Shown here: positions 36,283-46,208 of the stretch, piece after piece
Position numbering within the stretch: the first letter of the stretch is position 1
How the letters are laid out: every line of letters begins with the position of its first letter
Origin: an uncultured Bacilli bacterium
GTDB taxonomy: Bacteria > Bacillota_I > Bacilli_A > RF39 > UBA660
DNA length: 46,664 nucleotides
NCBI GenBank assembly: GCA_947628985.1
Contig: CANRCA010000001.1
Span: forward strand, 1 to 46,664
Reading direction: 5' to 3'
Made by a program: the position numbers and the translations under genes
The notes under the pieces: model-generated
The model's database searches: none
What the model was told of the DNA's origin: nothing
Seen by the model: only the letters and a program-made list of their open reading frames with translations

Positions 36283-36334
36283 TTACTATTTAATTTAAAT
36301 ATTATTTATGTTAAACTAATATTAGGATGATAAT

Positions 36335-38272
36335 ATGAGTGTGGAAGAAAAAATTAAATATTATAAAATGGATACTAAAGGTATTATTAATAATTTAATA
36401 TATGATATAGAAAATCGTAATGAATTACTTAAAGATAAAGTTATTAAAAATAAAATTATTAATGATAAAAATTATAATAATTTATTAAAGTTATTAGATT
36501 TTTTAGATGAGTATTCTTTTAATATTTTATTTGATGAAATAGGTATTAGTATATTATCTAAATCATCTAATTTAAGTAAATATTTAAATAAAATACTTGA
36601 AAAATATAATATTGATTATTTCTTTAAAAATAATGAATTTATACAAGCATTAATATTAAAATCTAATACAATAATAAATAGTTTACCAATAAAATATATA
36701 TTATTAATTATAAATAATATTGATAATATGCAAATTTATAATTTATTTAGAAATTTAGATGATTTAAAACAATTAGAATTAATTAAAAATTATAAAATTC
36801 CAAATGAAATGTTAAAACTTTATGTAATTAATTCTAAAAGTAATACATTAGAATATTTATTATATAATGATTTAAGAATAAATTTTATAAATGATTTAGA
36901 TTATAATCAATTATATAATTTATTTAATAAAAATATAAAATTACCAAAATATATATTAAATGATAATGAATTTATAAATAAAATAGTAACTATAATAAAT
37001 CCTAAGGATTATAGATATTTAATAGATACTTTAAAAGAAAAAAATGATATAGAATTTATAGAGAAAAAAAGAAAAGTGTACTATTTAAATAAATTAAATA
37101 AATTTAATTCAGAAACTAAAATGTTAGATTTTTTTGATAAATTATATAATGAAATAATAGATTTATCTAAATATAAAGAAAAAGATATTTTAAATAAATT
37201 TAATGATATATTGAAAAAATATATTAATCAATTTGGATCAAATGATGAAATAATTAATAATATAATAGAAAAATTAAATAATCCTAATGAATTAAAATTA
37301 TATTTTCAAAAAGAAAGTAATTATTTATTAACAGAAATGATAATTGATTATTATTTTGAACAAAATTATTATAATTTCTTTTTAGATTTAAATGAACTTA
37401 TTAGATTTCAAAGTACAGAAGGTAAAACTATTAATGATGAAATGATAGAAATATATAGTAATATTTTAAATTTAGATAAATTACCTTATGAAGAAAAATT
37501 AAATTTATTTAATAAGTTAAAAGAATTAAATATTAGTGAAAAATATTATGATGATTATAGAAGTGCTAAAAATAAAGAAGCTTTACTTATGAAAGAACAA
37601 ATGTTAAATTTTGATAATATTGATAAATATAAAAATCAAGAATTAACAAATAAATATAGAGTAGATGTATGTGTATTAGATGGAGAACCATTTTATGCAT
37701 TAGTAAAAGGTTTAAAAATATTTAAGACAGAAGCACTAACTAAGGAAAGAATAAGTACACCTAGAGTTGATGGTTCATCATATTCATTAGATAGTTCATA
37801 TAAATTAGATACTTATTTTGATCCTAAAATTAATTATAATATTATATATGGAGACTTTAATATTGATAGTATTGTTCATATGTGTAGTACAGATTCTTAT
37901 TCAAGATATTATCATTCAGCAGAATTTGGTCTTGGAACAGAGTATCTAAATGAACTTAAAACACCATATGAATTTGTAACAAAAAGTCCTATGTATAATG
38001 AAATAATATATGCTCAAAGAAATTATGAAAGGAATGATGAAGTTAATAATAATTTAGATGTTCCTAAAATACTTGGAATATATGTTTATGATGAAATAAC
38101 ACTATTAGATATAGAATCTGCTAAAAATTTAAATTGTAAAATAGTATTAGTAAATACTAAAAAATATCAAAGTACATTAGAAAATAAAATGAAATATTTT
38201 GAAAATAAAAATAGTGAAGAAATTAATTATTATTTAAATGAATATAATATGGATCATAGAAAAGGAAGATAA
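36335..38272 (+). CDS. Large hypothetical protein (645 aa), predicted helical-repeat N-terminal two-thirds plus a distinct C-terminal ~200-aa domain
   Basis: Long uninterrupted ORF in an AT-rich background. No motif recognised. Confidence 0.6.
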   Translation: MSVEEKIKYYKMDTKGIINNLIYDIENRNELLKDKVIKNKIINDKNYNNLLKLLDFLDEYSFNILFDEIGISILSKSSNLSKYLNKILEKYNIDYFFKNNEFIQALILKSNTIINSLPIKYILLIINNIDNMQIYNLFRNLDDLKQLELIKNYKIPNEMLKLYVINSKSNTLEYLLYNDLRINFINDLDYNQLYNLFNKNIKLPKYILNDNEFINKIVTIINPKDYRYLIDTLKEKNDIEFIEKKRKVYYLNKLNKFNSETKMLDFFDKLYNEIIDLSKYKEKDILNKFNDILKKYINQFGSNDEIINNIIEKLNNPNELKLYFQKESNYLLTEMIIDYYFEQNYYNFFLDLNELIRFQSTEGKTINDEMIEIYSNILNLDKLPYEEKLNLFNKLKELNISEKYYDDYRSAKNKEALLMKEQMLNFDNIDKYKNQELTNKYRVDVCVLDGEPFYALVKGLKIFKTEALTKERISTPRVDGSSYSLDSSYKLDTYFDPKINYNIIYGDFNIDSIVHMCSTDSYSRYYHSAEFGLGTEYLNELKTPYEFVTKSPMYNEIIYAQRNYERNDEVNNNLDVPKILGIYVYDEITLLDIESAKNLNCKIVLVNTKKYQSTLENKMKYFENKNSEEINYYLNEYNMDHRKGR

Positions 38273-38276
38273 ATAT

Positions 38277-38954
38277 ATGAAATATAATGATGGAAAACCT
38301 CATATAGATTTTTATGATAGAAAAGATGAATATGAGAGTATAGCTGGATCTTTTTCAGAAGGAGATTCTTTACTTAAAGATGTATTACTTAACTTATGGA
38401 ATAATGGTATTCAAACACAAGCTTGTTGCAAGGGACATGAAAATAATCCTGCGTATATATCAATTATAGTTAATGGATATAGTTATTATATGATTCAAAG
38501 AATTTGTGATTCCATATTTAAACTAAATGATGAATTTGAATTAGAATTTATTTCTAATGGAATTGAAGATTATTCTACATTTAGTATTTATATGAAAGAT
38601 GAAGATTCTAAAAAAGTTTTCTTTGATTTTATTAATAATATACTTAAAGAAAAAATAGATAAAGATAATCTTATAGGAAAACAATATAATTATGCTGCAT
38701 ATTTATTTAGTTTAGCTAAATCATTAGATTTATGTTGTACATATCAAATATCAAAAGATGAAATGATATTTAGTTTTTCTAAAAAAGGAACTATATATAA
38801 TATAAAGCCAACTTTATTTAATGAAATAAAAGAATTATTAGATAATAACCAAATACCACTTGGTCCTATAAGCTGTACAAAAGAAGAATTAGAAAAATTT
38901 ATTAACAAGTTTTTCTCTAATGCATTTGAAGAGAGTGATAGTCATAAAATGTAA
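38277..38954 (+). CDS. Hypothetical protein (225 aa), probably co-transcribed with 36335..38272
   Basis: ATG 38277 lies 8 nt after aaaggaag and 5 nt after the upstream stop. The track start at 38238 overlaps the previous gene. No motif recognised. Confidence 0.55.
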   Translation: MKYNDGKPHIDFYDRKDEYESIAGSFSEGDSLLKDVLLNLWNNGIQTQACCKGHENNPAYISIIVNGYSYYMIQRICDSIFKLNDEFELEFISNGIEDYSTFSIYMKDEDSKKVFFDFINNILKEKIDKDNLIGKQYNYAAYLFSLAKSLDLCCTYQISKDEMIFSFSKKGTIYNIKPTLFNEIKELLDNNQIPLGPISCTKEELEKFINKFFSNAFEESDSHKM

Positions 38955-39000
38955 TTTTTTATGACTTTTATATATATTTAAAAAATGCTATAATTAATAT

Positions 39001-40590
39001 ATGGTGTTTAAAATGAAAAAAAATAATAATTGTAATTATGAATATTATAGTCATGTAGAAATTAATAATTTAGAAGAATTATTAATTTTAGGATACAATA
39101 ATTATAGTAATAATATTGCATTTAGTTATAATTATGATGATAAAAGAATAGAAAAAACTTATAAAGATGTATATAATGATGTAACAAATTTAAGTAAATA
39201 TTTTAATAAAAATTATAAAAATAAACATATTGCTCTTATTGGAGAAAATTCATATAATTGGATTATTACTTTTTTATCTATTATTTTAAGTGGAAATGTT
39301 TGTGTTGTAATAGATAAAGATATAGAAGAAAAAGATTTAAATTCTTTATTAAAAAAGAGTGATACTAAAATAATTTGTTATTCTAAAAAATATAATTCAT
39401 TTATTGAAAATTTAAAATATAAAAATATACCTATTGATAATTTATATTCATATATAAATGAAGGAAAGCATTTACAAAATAAATATAAAGTTGATAATGA
39501 TAAAGATGCTGTAATATTTTTTACATCTGGTACAACTGGTGCTAATAAAGCAGTTTTATTATCTCAAAAAAATATTGCTAAAGACATATATGCGGCTTCA
39601 TCTTTATATAAACCAAATGGAAATACTGTAAGTATGTTACCATTTCATCATGCATTTGGAATAATAACAGGAATATTAATGCCATTTTATTATGGAGTTG
39701 AAACTTATATAAATAATAGTTTAAAACATATAAAAGAAGATTTAAAAAATAATGCTCCTGAAACAGTATTTGTAGTACCTGCTTTTATAGAAACATTTTA
39801 TAGACAAATATGGAAAGGTATAAGACTTAAAAATAAAGAAAAAATATTAAAACATACAATAAAAGTAAGTAATAGATTATTAAAAATAAATATAGATATA
39901 AGAAAAAAATTATTTAATGAAATTTTAACTGAATTTGGGGGTAATTTAAATTATATTATTTGTGGTGGAGCATATTTAGATAAAAAATATGTTGAATGGT
40001 TCAGAAGTATTGGAATTGAAATTTTAAATGGTTATGGTATTACAGAATGTTCTCCAGTAGTATCTGTAAATAGAAATCATTTTCATAAAGATGGAAGTGT
40101 AGGACAAATATGTAAAGATGTTAATATAAAAACAATAGATGGAGAAATATGTGTTAGTGGAGATATAATTATGAAAGGTTATTATAAAGATAAAAAATCT
40201 ACTAACAATGTACTTAAAGATGGATATTTTTATACAGGAGATTTAGGATATGTCGATGAAGAAGGATTTTTATTTATAACAGGAAGAAAAAAGAATATTA
40301 TAATTTTAAGTAATGGTGAAAATATTAGTCCTGAATATGTAGAAAGTGAACTTATGAAATATGATGGAATACAAGAAGTAATAGTATGTGAAGAAGCAAA
40401 TAAATTAATTGCGTATATTTATCCTACAGATGAATATATAGCAAATCAAGCATATTTTAATAATATGATATATAATTATAATAGAAATAAACCTAAGAAT
40501 CATCAAATAGCAATGGTTAAATTAAGAACAAATGAGTTTATTAAAAATCATAATGGAAAAATATTAAGAGATAAAATAAGAGAGGAATGA
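39001..40590 (+). CDS. AMP-dependent acyl ligase (FadD/acyl-ACP synthetase-like)
   Basis: FFTSGTTGANKAV (A3), GYGITECSP (A5), YTGDLGY..EGFLFITGRKKNIIILSNGENISP (A7/A8) and NGKILR (A10). Confidence 0.85.
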   Translation: MVFKMKKNNNCNYEYYSHVEINNLEELLILGYNNYSNNIAFSYNYDDKRIEKTYKDVYNDVTNLSKYFNKNYKNKHIALIGENSYNWIITFLSIILSGNVCVVIDKDIEEKDLNSLLKKSDTKIICYSKKYNSFIENLKYKNIPIDNLYSYINEGKHLQNKYKVDNDKDAVIFFTSGTTGANKAVLLSQKNIAKDIYAASSLYKPNGNTVSMLPFHHAFGIITGILMPFYYGVETYINNSLKHIKEDLKNNAPETVFVVPAFIETFYRQIWKGIRLKNKEKILKHTIKVSNRLLKINIDIRKKLFNEILTEFGGNLNYIICGGAYLDKKYVEWFRSIGIEILNGYGITECSPVVSVNRNHFHKDGSVGQICKDVNIKTIDGEICVSGDIIMKGYYKDKKSTNNVLKDGYFYTGDLGYVDEEGFLFITGRKKNIIILSNGENISPEYVESELMKYDGIQEVIVCEEANKLIAYIYPTDEYIANQAYFNNMIYNYNRNKPKNHQIAMVKLRTNEFIKNHNGKILRDKIREE

Positions 40591-40595
40591 TAAAA

Positions 40596-40823
40596 ATGAA
40601 AGAAGAAATAATAAATTTAATTGCGAGTACTTTAGAAATATCAAAAGATATGATTAATGAAAATACTAATTTAACTAAAGATTTAGATTTAGAATCATTA
40701 GATTTAGTTGATTTAGTAGTTGCTTTTGAAGAAAAATATGGAATAGAAGTATTAGATGAAGATATTAAAAATCTACAAACTGTAAAAGACATAATAGAAT
40801 ATATAGAAAAGAAACATGTATAA
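40596..40823 (+). CDS. Acyl carrier protein (dedicated, cluster-encoded)
   Basis: DLDLESLDLVDLVVAFEEKYGIEV contains a (D/E)SL phosphopantetheine attachment site. About 75 aa. An alternative start at 40587 overlaps the ligase stop (ATGA). Confidence 0.8.
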   Translation: MKEEIINLIASTLEISKDMINENTNLTKDLDLESLDLVDLVVAFEEKYGIEVLDEDIKNLQTVKDIIEYIEKKHV

Positions 40824-41259
40824 ATTATATATTGAAAAAAATATATCTAGTAAAGAATTATTAAATAAAGTTTTAAATGAACTTAATATTAAAGATGAAA
40901 TCATTTATAATGAATATGGAAAACCATATCTAAAAAATAATGAAATATTTTTTAATATTAGTAATTGTGATATTTATACTGTATTAGTTATTTCATCAAA
41001 AGAAGTAGGAGTTGATATTGAAAAAATAACTATTAAGGAAAATATTATTGATAAAATATGTAATGAAAATGAAAAAAAATTAATTAAAAGTCCTATAGAT
41101 TTTACATCAATTTGGGTTAAGAAAGAAAGTTATGTAAAATATTTAGGAGTAGGCTTATCTTACGGACTTAAAAATGTAGATACAACTAAACTTAATTACA
41201 TAATTAAAAAATTTAATAATTATTTAATAGCTATTTATGGTGAAGATTTAACTAACTAA
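40816..41259 (+). CDS. 4'-phosphopantetheinyl transferase (short Sfp-like)
   Basis: YGKPYL, FNISNC, GVDIEKI and W.KKESY.K motifs, in the canonical order. Confidence 0.7.
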   Translation: MYKLYIEKNISSKELLNKVLNELNIKDEIIYNEYGKPYLKNNEIFFNISNCDIYTVLVISSKEVGVDIEKITIKENIIDKICNENEKKLIKSPIDFTSIWVKKESYVKYLGVGLSYGLKNVDTTKLNYIIKKFNNYLIAIYGEDLTN

Positions 41260-41271
41260 TGGAGGAATAAG

Positions 41272-42096
41272 ATGAATTTACTTTATTGTGGAGATAAAAA
41301 TATACTAGATGGACTTATAATATCTATTTTATCTATTTTAAAAAATACAAAAGATAAATTATGTATATATGTATTAACAATGAAATATAAAGATGATAAA
41401 AAAACATATTCACCTTTAACAAATAAAGATATTAAAGTTTTAAATGAAATAATTCAAAATAAAAATAAAGATAGTTTTATTAAATTAATTGATATAACTG
41501 ATTATGTAAATGAATGTGCACCTATATCAAATCTAGATACTTTGTTTACTCCTTATTGTATGCTTAGATTATATGCTGATTTAATTAGTGATATTCCAGA
41601 TAAAATACTTTATTTAGATAATGATGTAGTTTGTTTAAAAAATCCTAAAGAATTTTATAATATAGATAATTCTAATTATGAATTAGTTGGTGTTCTTGAT
41701 TATTATGGTAGTCATATTTATAAAAAGAATTTATTAAAAAAAGATTATATAAATTCAGGAGTTTTACTTTTAAATATGAAATTAATAAGAGAAACTAAAT
41801 TATTTGAAAAGTGTAGAATTATGTGTAGAGATGTAAAAAGATTACTACCAGATCAATCTGCTCTTAACAAATATTCAACAAAAAAGTTAATAGTATCAAG
41901 AATTTATAATGAACAAAAGCAAGAGAATGATGAAACTGTATTTAGACATTTTAGTACAACATTTAAATTTTGGCCAAGAATTAGAAAACAAACTATAAAG
42001 CCATGGCATATTGATAAATTACATGAAGTTTTAAAAGTACATAGTTTTGATGATATTTTAGAAGAATATAAAAAAGTTTTAGAAAGGATGAAATAA
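41272..42096 (+). CDS. Glycosyltransferase family 8
   Basis: YLDNDVV (DxD), NSGVLLLNM and PDQSALN motifs. Confidence 0.8.
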   Translation: MNLLYCGDKNILDGLIISILSILKNTKDKLCIYVLTMKYKDDKKTYSPLTNKDIKVLNEIIQNKNKDSFIKLIDITDYVNECAPISNLDTLFTPYCMLRLYADLISDIPDKILYLDNDVVCLKNPKEFYNIDNSNYELVGVLDYYGSHIYKKNLLKKDYINSGVLLLNMKLIRETKLFEKCRIMCRDVKRLLPDQSALNKYSTKKLIVSRIYNEQKQENDETVFRHFSTTFKFWPRIRKQTIKPWHIDKLHEVLKVHSFDDILEEYKKVLERMK

Positions 42097-43046
42097 TGAA
42101 AACAATACCCATATTTTTTACAATAGATATAGAATATGCTCCTTTTCTTTCAGTAGCAATAGAATCATTAATTGATAATGCTTCAAAAGATTATAATTAT
42201 AATATTCATGTGATATATGAAACTATAACAGATGATATAATTCAAAGATTAAAAAAATTAGAAACAAATAATGTAAAAATTATATTTACTAAAATGAAAG
42301 ATAAATTAGAAAGTATTACTAATAGAAAAGAAAATTTACTTAGAAAAGATTTATTTACTTTAACTATATATTTTAGAATTTTTATTCCTTTTATGTTTCC
42401 GGAATATGATAAAGCTATTTATATAGATAGTGATACTTGTATTAATGCTGATATTAAAGATTTATATAATATAGATTTAAAAGATAATTTATTTGGAGGA
42501 TGCACTGATATATCTTGTAAAGATAATAAAATATTATGTGAATATTTTAAAGAAAATGCTGGTGTAGAAATAAATGAATATATAAATTCAGGTGTTCTTT
42601 TAATGAATATGAAAAAATTAAGAGAAGTAAATTTTGAAAAACATTTTTTATATTTATTAAATAAATATCATTTTGATACAGTATGTCCTGACCAAGATTA
42701 TATTAATGCTATGGCTTATGGTAAAATTCTTCTTTTACCAAATGAATGGGATGCTATGCCTACAAATGGATCTTTAGTTTTTGATAATCCTAAAATAATA
42801 CATTATAATTTATTTTTTAAACCTTGGCATTTTGATAATGTTGACTATGAAGAATATTTTTGGAAATATGCTAATAAATCATTATTTAAAGATGAAATTT
42901 TAAAAGAAAAAGAAAACTATACAAAAGAAGATCAAGAAAAAGATAAAGAAGGATTAGATGTTTTAATAAATAGAGCATCTCAAATTATTAAAAATGATAT
43001 AACTTTTAAAAAAGTATTTGAAAGTGGAATAGAAAAAAGGATTTAG
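42096..43046 (+). CDS. Glycosyltransferase family 8 (second copy)
   Basis: YIDSDT (DxD), NSGVLLMNM, CPDQDYIN and IIHYN..FKPW motifs. Confidence 0.8.
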   Translation: MKTIPIFFTIDIEYAPFLSVAIESLIDNASKDYNYNIHVIYETITDDIIQRLKKLETNNVKIIFTKMKDKLESITNRKENLLRKDLFTLTIYFRIFIPFMFPEYDKAIYIDSDTCINADIKDLYNIDLKDNLFGGCTDISCKDNKILCEYFKENAGVEINEYINSGVLLMNMKKLREVNFEKHFLYLLNKYHFDTVCPDQDYINAMAYGKILLLPNEWDAMPTNGSLVFDNPKIIHYNLFFKPWHFDNVDYEEYFWKYANKSLFKDEILKEKENYTKEDQEKDKEGLDVLINRASQIIKNDITFKKVFESGIEKRI

Positions 43047-43051
43047 ATATT

Positions 43052-43915
43052 ATGATAATAGGTGGTAGTAAAAAAGAAGTAATTAAAAATATAAAAAGAA
43101 ATATAGAAAATAATGAATTAAATAAAAAAGTAGAAGTAAATGATCCTGTTTTAAGTGATAAAGAAATAGAAGATGCTTTAAATAAATTTTATAATTTAAG
43201 AAAACATAAAATATTATATTTTTTTGAAAATAAATTTGCATATTTAATTGTTAATTTAGTAGAGAAAAAAATAAATAAATCAATTGAAATAGAAGGATTA
43301 GAAAATATTAAAGATATAAATAGTGGTGCTATAGTTACAAGTAATCATTTTAATCCTTTAGATAATTTAAATATTAAGAAATTGATAAAAAAACGTTATA
43401 AAAAGAATGTTTATATAGTAATTCAAGAAACTAATCTTAAAATGGGTGGAATTATTGGATATTTAATGAATAGTTTAAATACTATACCAATATGTAAAAG
43501 TCCTAATTATATAATTAATACTTTTAAACCAGAATTAAATAAAATTTTAAAAAATAATAATTATGTATTAATTTATCCTGAAGAAGAAATGTGGTTTAAT
43601 TATAGAAAACCAAGACCTTGTAAAAGAGGAGCATATCTTTTTGCAGCTGAAAATAATGTTCCTATTATATCTTGTTTTGTTGAAATACAAGATACTCTTA
43701 AAGAAGATAATGAAGAATTTAATGAAGTTAAATATATTGTTCATGTATTAAAACCTATTTATCCTGATTCATCTAAATCAATAAGAGAAAATAGTAAAAT
43801 TATGGCAGAGCAAGATTACAAACAGAAGAAAGATGCTTATGAAAAATTTTATAAAACTAAATTAGATTATAAATTTTCATTTAATGATATCGCAGGATTA
43901 AAAAAGAAAAATTAG
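43052..43915 (+). CDS. Lysophospholipid (PlsC-type) acyltransferase
   Basis: SNHFNPLD (HX4D), IYPEEEMW and PCKRGAYLFA motifs. Confidence 0.75.
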   Translation: MIIGGSKKEVIKNIKRNIENNELNKKVEVNDPVLSDKEIEDALNKFYNLRKHKILYFFENKFAYLIVNLVEKKINKSIEIEGLENIKDINSGAIVTSNHFNPLDNLNIKKLIKKRYKKNVYIVIQETNLKMGGIIGYLMNSLNTIPICKSPNYIINTFKPELNKILKNNNYVLIYPEEEMWFNYRKPRPCKRGAYLFAAENNVPIISCFVEIQDTLKEDNEEFNEVKYIVHVLKPIYPDSSKSIRENSKIMAEQDYKQKKDAYEKFYKTKLDYKFSFNDIAGLKKKN

Positions 43916-43919
43916 AGTT

Positions 43920-44675
43920 TTAATTTTTCTTTTTGTATGTTATATATTCATAAGTATTTAATTTACTTCTTTCTTTCATTGTATTATAAACTTTATCATG
44001 TAAATTTATAATATTTTCTTTTTTATTTAAAAGAGTATCTATAGTAAATGGACCATCTATATATATTGTTATATTTGGTTTTTTAAAAATTTTTGATTTT
44101 GAATAAGTAGTAGTAGATGTAAATACTTTCTTTTTATTTTCATATGGAAAATGAAAAGATGTATTAGGAAACTCTCTTATAAAAGTTGCATAAGGCCATA
44201 AATGAGCTTCCGGATATATTATAATAGGATTAGATTTATTAACATGATAATTTATAGATTCTTTAAATTTAATCATATCATGTATATTATTAGGAATAGG
44301 TAATGCCCCTGCAATTGGTAATATTTTTCCTAAAATTGGAATACCTAAATTAGATGAACTACAAATAATATAAGGATGTTTAGAAAAACAAATTAAAAAT
44401 GGATTAAAAACATCACCTAACATTTGAGTATGATTACAATATAAGAAATATCCTTTTTCTTTTTTTAATATCTTTTTATTTTTAATTTTAACGTGTAAGA
44501 ATAATTTACAATAAATAAATGAAAATAATATAACAAAAATATAAACAAAAAAAGAAAGTATTTTATAAAATATATTAGTATGAATCCATTTATAATTACT
44601 TTTAAGTTTATAATCTTGATTTTTAGATTTGACTAAATCATCATCTAAAGAACTATAATAATATATTTTTTTCAT
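43920..44675 (-). CDS. Membrane-anchored acyltransferase (LPLAT-superfamily-like), convergent with the cluster
   Basis: N-terminal TM helix, CNHTQMLGD and IIIYPEAHLWPY motifs, RBS aaaggag. Confidence 0.65.
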   Translation of the reverse strand: MKKIYYYSSLDDDLVKSKNQDYKLKSNYKWIHTNIFYKILSFFVYIFVILFSFIYCKLFLHVKIKNKKILKKEKGYFLYCNHTQMLGDVFNPFLICFSKHPYIICSSSNLGIPILGKILPIAGALPIPNNIHDMIKFKESINYHVNKSNPIIIYPEAHLWPYATFIREFPNTSFHFPYENKKKVFTSTTTYSKSKIFKKPNITIYIDGPFTIDTLLNKKENIINLHDKVYNTMKERSKLNTYEYITYKKKN

Positions 44676-44936
44676 TATATTCTCCTTTAAATATTAGAAT
44701 TAACTAAAAACATTATATCATAATTTAGGCATTAATTATTTTAATTTTTTTAACATATAACTAAAATAAATAGACAATTAATACTAATACTTGATATAAT
44801 TAATTAAGAATGTGTATACTGAAATCAAAAAAAGTTTTATTTAGATTATTTAATTTGATCGTCAGTGTCGACCAAATTAATTTAAACACTTTAAAATCTA
44901 ATTATAAATGGATTAAATAACAAATATACTGATAAT

Positions 44937-45169
44937 ATTTTTGAGAGTATAAAACATTTAGATGATTATGGAAACGAATATTGGTATGCACGCGATTACA
45001 AAAAGCATTAGACTATAAAGAATGGAGAAATTTTATAAAAGTAACAGATAAAGCAATTATATCATCAAATAATAGTATTTCAAATAAGGAAGATTGGGTT
45101 GTTGAAGTCAACAAGCCAATAAAATTGGTAAAGGAAAAATTAATGAATATCAACTTTCTAGGTAATTAA
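44937..45169 (+). pseudogene. DinD-like (DNA damage-inducible protein D family) gene remnant, frameshifted and truncated
   Basis: IFESIKHLDDYGNEYWYARDYKKH* continues in another frame as ..LQKALDYKEWRNFIKVTDKAIISSNNS...VVEVNKPIK. This resembles the DinD N-terminal half as I recall it. Confidence 0.55.
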
Positions 45170-45605
45170 TTAGAAAAGAATTAAGAAAAGTGATTATTTC
45201 CAAAATGGAAAATACCACTCAATATAAAAAATATAGATTGCAAATGAAATAATGAATAAAAGAGAATATAAAGTATAGTTAAAGTTACCGAGGATTCCTC
45301 GGTAACTCATTAGATTAAAAATTTATAAACTAAAATTTATAATTTTGATGATATATAGCATTTATATAATCAAAATTTTAAAGTGTTCAAATCTGAACAT
45401 TTTAGATTATAATTGCTAATTTAAACCATATAAATAAAATAATAATATGATTTAATAGTTTCAGATTTTGATAAAATTCATAAAAATGTTAAAATAATAA
45501 TAGAAATTGAAAAAGTGATAAAAACAAATTATAAATTTTAAAAAAGAAGAAATAATGATTTTATAGATAATATGAATGAAGACAAATTAATTGCCAATTT
45601 ATTTA

Positions 45606-45717
45606 GAATAATGAAAATGAATTGGATAAAAATGCAGTACGTTCCAAAATGGAACATACTGCTGAAGATGGAAAAAAATATCAAATAGAATATTATAATT
45701 TAGATGCAATAATTTTT
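45606..45717 (+). pseudogene. RhuM-family gene fragment (central part only)
   Basis: NNENELDKNAVRSKMEHTAEDGKKYQIEYYNLDAII parallels residues ~50-95 of the intact copy at 46209 (NSYELDESATSKKFLLVQHEGNRQVKRNVQYYNLDLVI). No start codon, and flanked by stops. Confidence 0.6.
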
Positions 45718-45852
45718 AAATATTTCGTATTTTTATTGAGTAATGATTAAAATATTTAAAAATTAGTAAGATTATAGTAATTTTAGTGAAATTTATATTA
45801 AAAATTAGAAAGGTGATTACGATATTTAAGAACATATGCAAGGAGATAAAAA

Positions 45853-46085
45853 ATGAAAAAATTAGAAGAATAAAATAATTTATTAATATATAAAAATAAA
45901 GATGGTAATATAGTTGTTGATGCAATCTATAAAGATGAAACTCTATGGATTACCCAAAAAAGAATGTCTAAAGTTTTTGATTGTTCTACTGATAATATAT
46001 CATTGCATTGAAAAAATATATTTAAAGAAATGAACTTGATAAAACTTCAACTTATTCCGAAATGGAATTAGTTCAATTAGAAGAA
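45853..46085 (+). pseudogene. RhuM-family N-terminal remnant with in-frame stops
   Basis: MKKLEE*NNLLIYKNKDGNIVVDAIYKDETLWITQKRMSKVFDCSTDNISLH*KNIFKE.. It contains TAA and TGA in frame, then loses frame. Confidence 0.65.
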
Positions 46086-46208
46086 AATAAAAGCTAGAAA
46101 TAAAGAGATGAAGGAGTAATGATTTTAGATGAGTATAATTACAAGTGCCAGTCGTAATTAATTATTGATAACGATTTAATTAAAAATAAATGCAAAGGAG
46201 ATGAAAAA

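Noticed and set aside
2064-38276. The long N-terminal extensions given by the ORF track at 2064, 4889, 12814, 19631, 20668 and 38238.
   Set aside because: In each case the extension overlaps a promoter box, a terminator or riboswitch, or the preceding gene. An internal ATG with a proper Shine-Dalgarno gives a product that starts like its homologs.
39001-40823. The AMP-ligase and carrier protein, considered as a displaced DltA/DltC pair serving the MBOAT-DHHW genes at 23632-26084.
   Set aside because: They are 14 kb apart, and the ligase sits in a tight operon with a PPTase, GT8s and LPLAT acyltransferases. Its A8-region (LFITGRKKNIIILSNGENISP) looks FadD-like. This cannot be fully excluded without substrate-specificity analysis.
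44981-45169. The track ORF of 62 aa, considered as a genuine small gene.
   Set aside because: It starts at a TTG inside a frameshifted DinD-like remnant. The upstream part of the same domain is in another frame and ends in a stop. It is best treated as a pseudogene piece.
45283-45307. The GC-rich perfect hairpin agttaccgagg-att-cctcggtaact.
   Set aside because: It is isolated, is not followed by a T-run, and is not repeated elsewhere in the window. It is probably a relic terminator or REP-like element in the decayed region, and the evidence is insufficient for a functional call.
2407-45925. Minus-strand ORFs in the supplied track: 2407-2655, 4382-4579, 12339-12632, 20052-20378, 20961-21173, 21969-22160, 28073-28270, 28119-28436, 29459-29653, 35345-35611, 40541-40792 and 45716-45925.
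   Set aside because: All lie antisense within well-supported + strand genes, or within a decayed region. They encode low-complexity L/F/I/Y-rich peptides, as expected by chance when stop codons are depleted opposite AT-rich coding sequence. None has an RBS.
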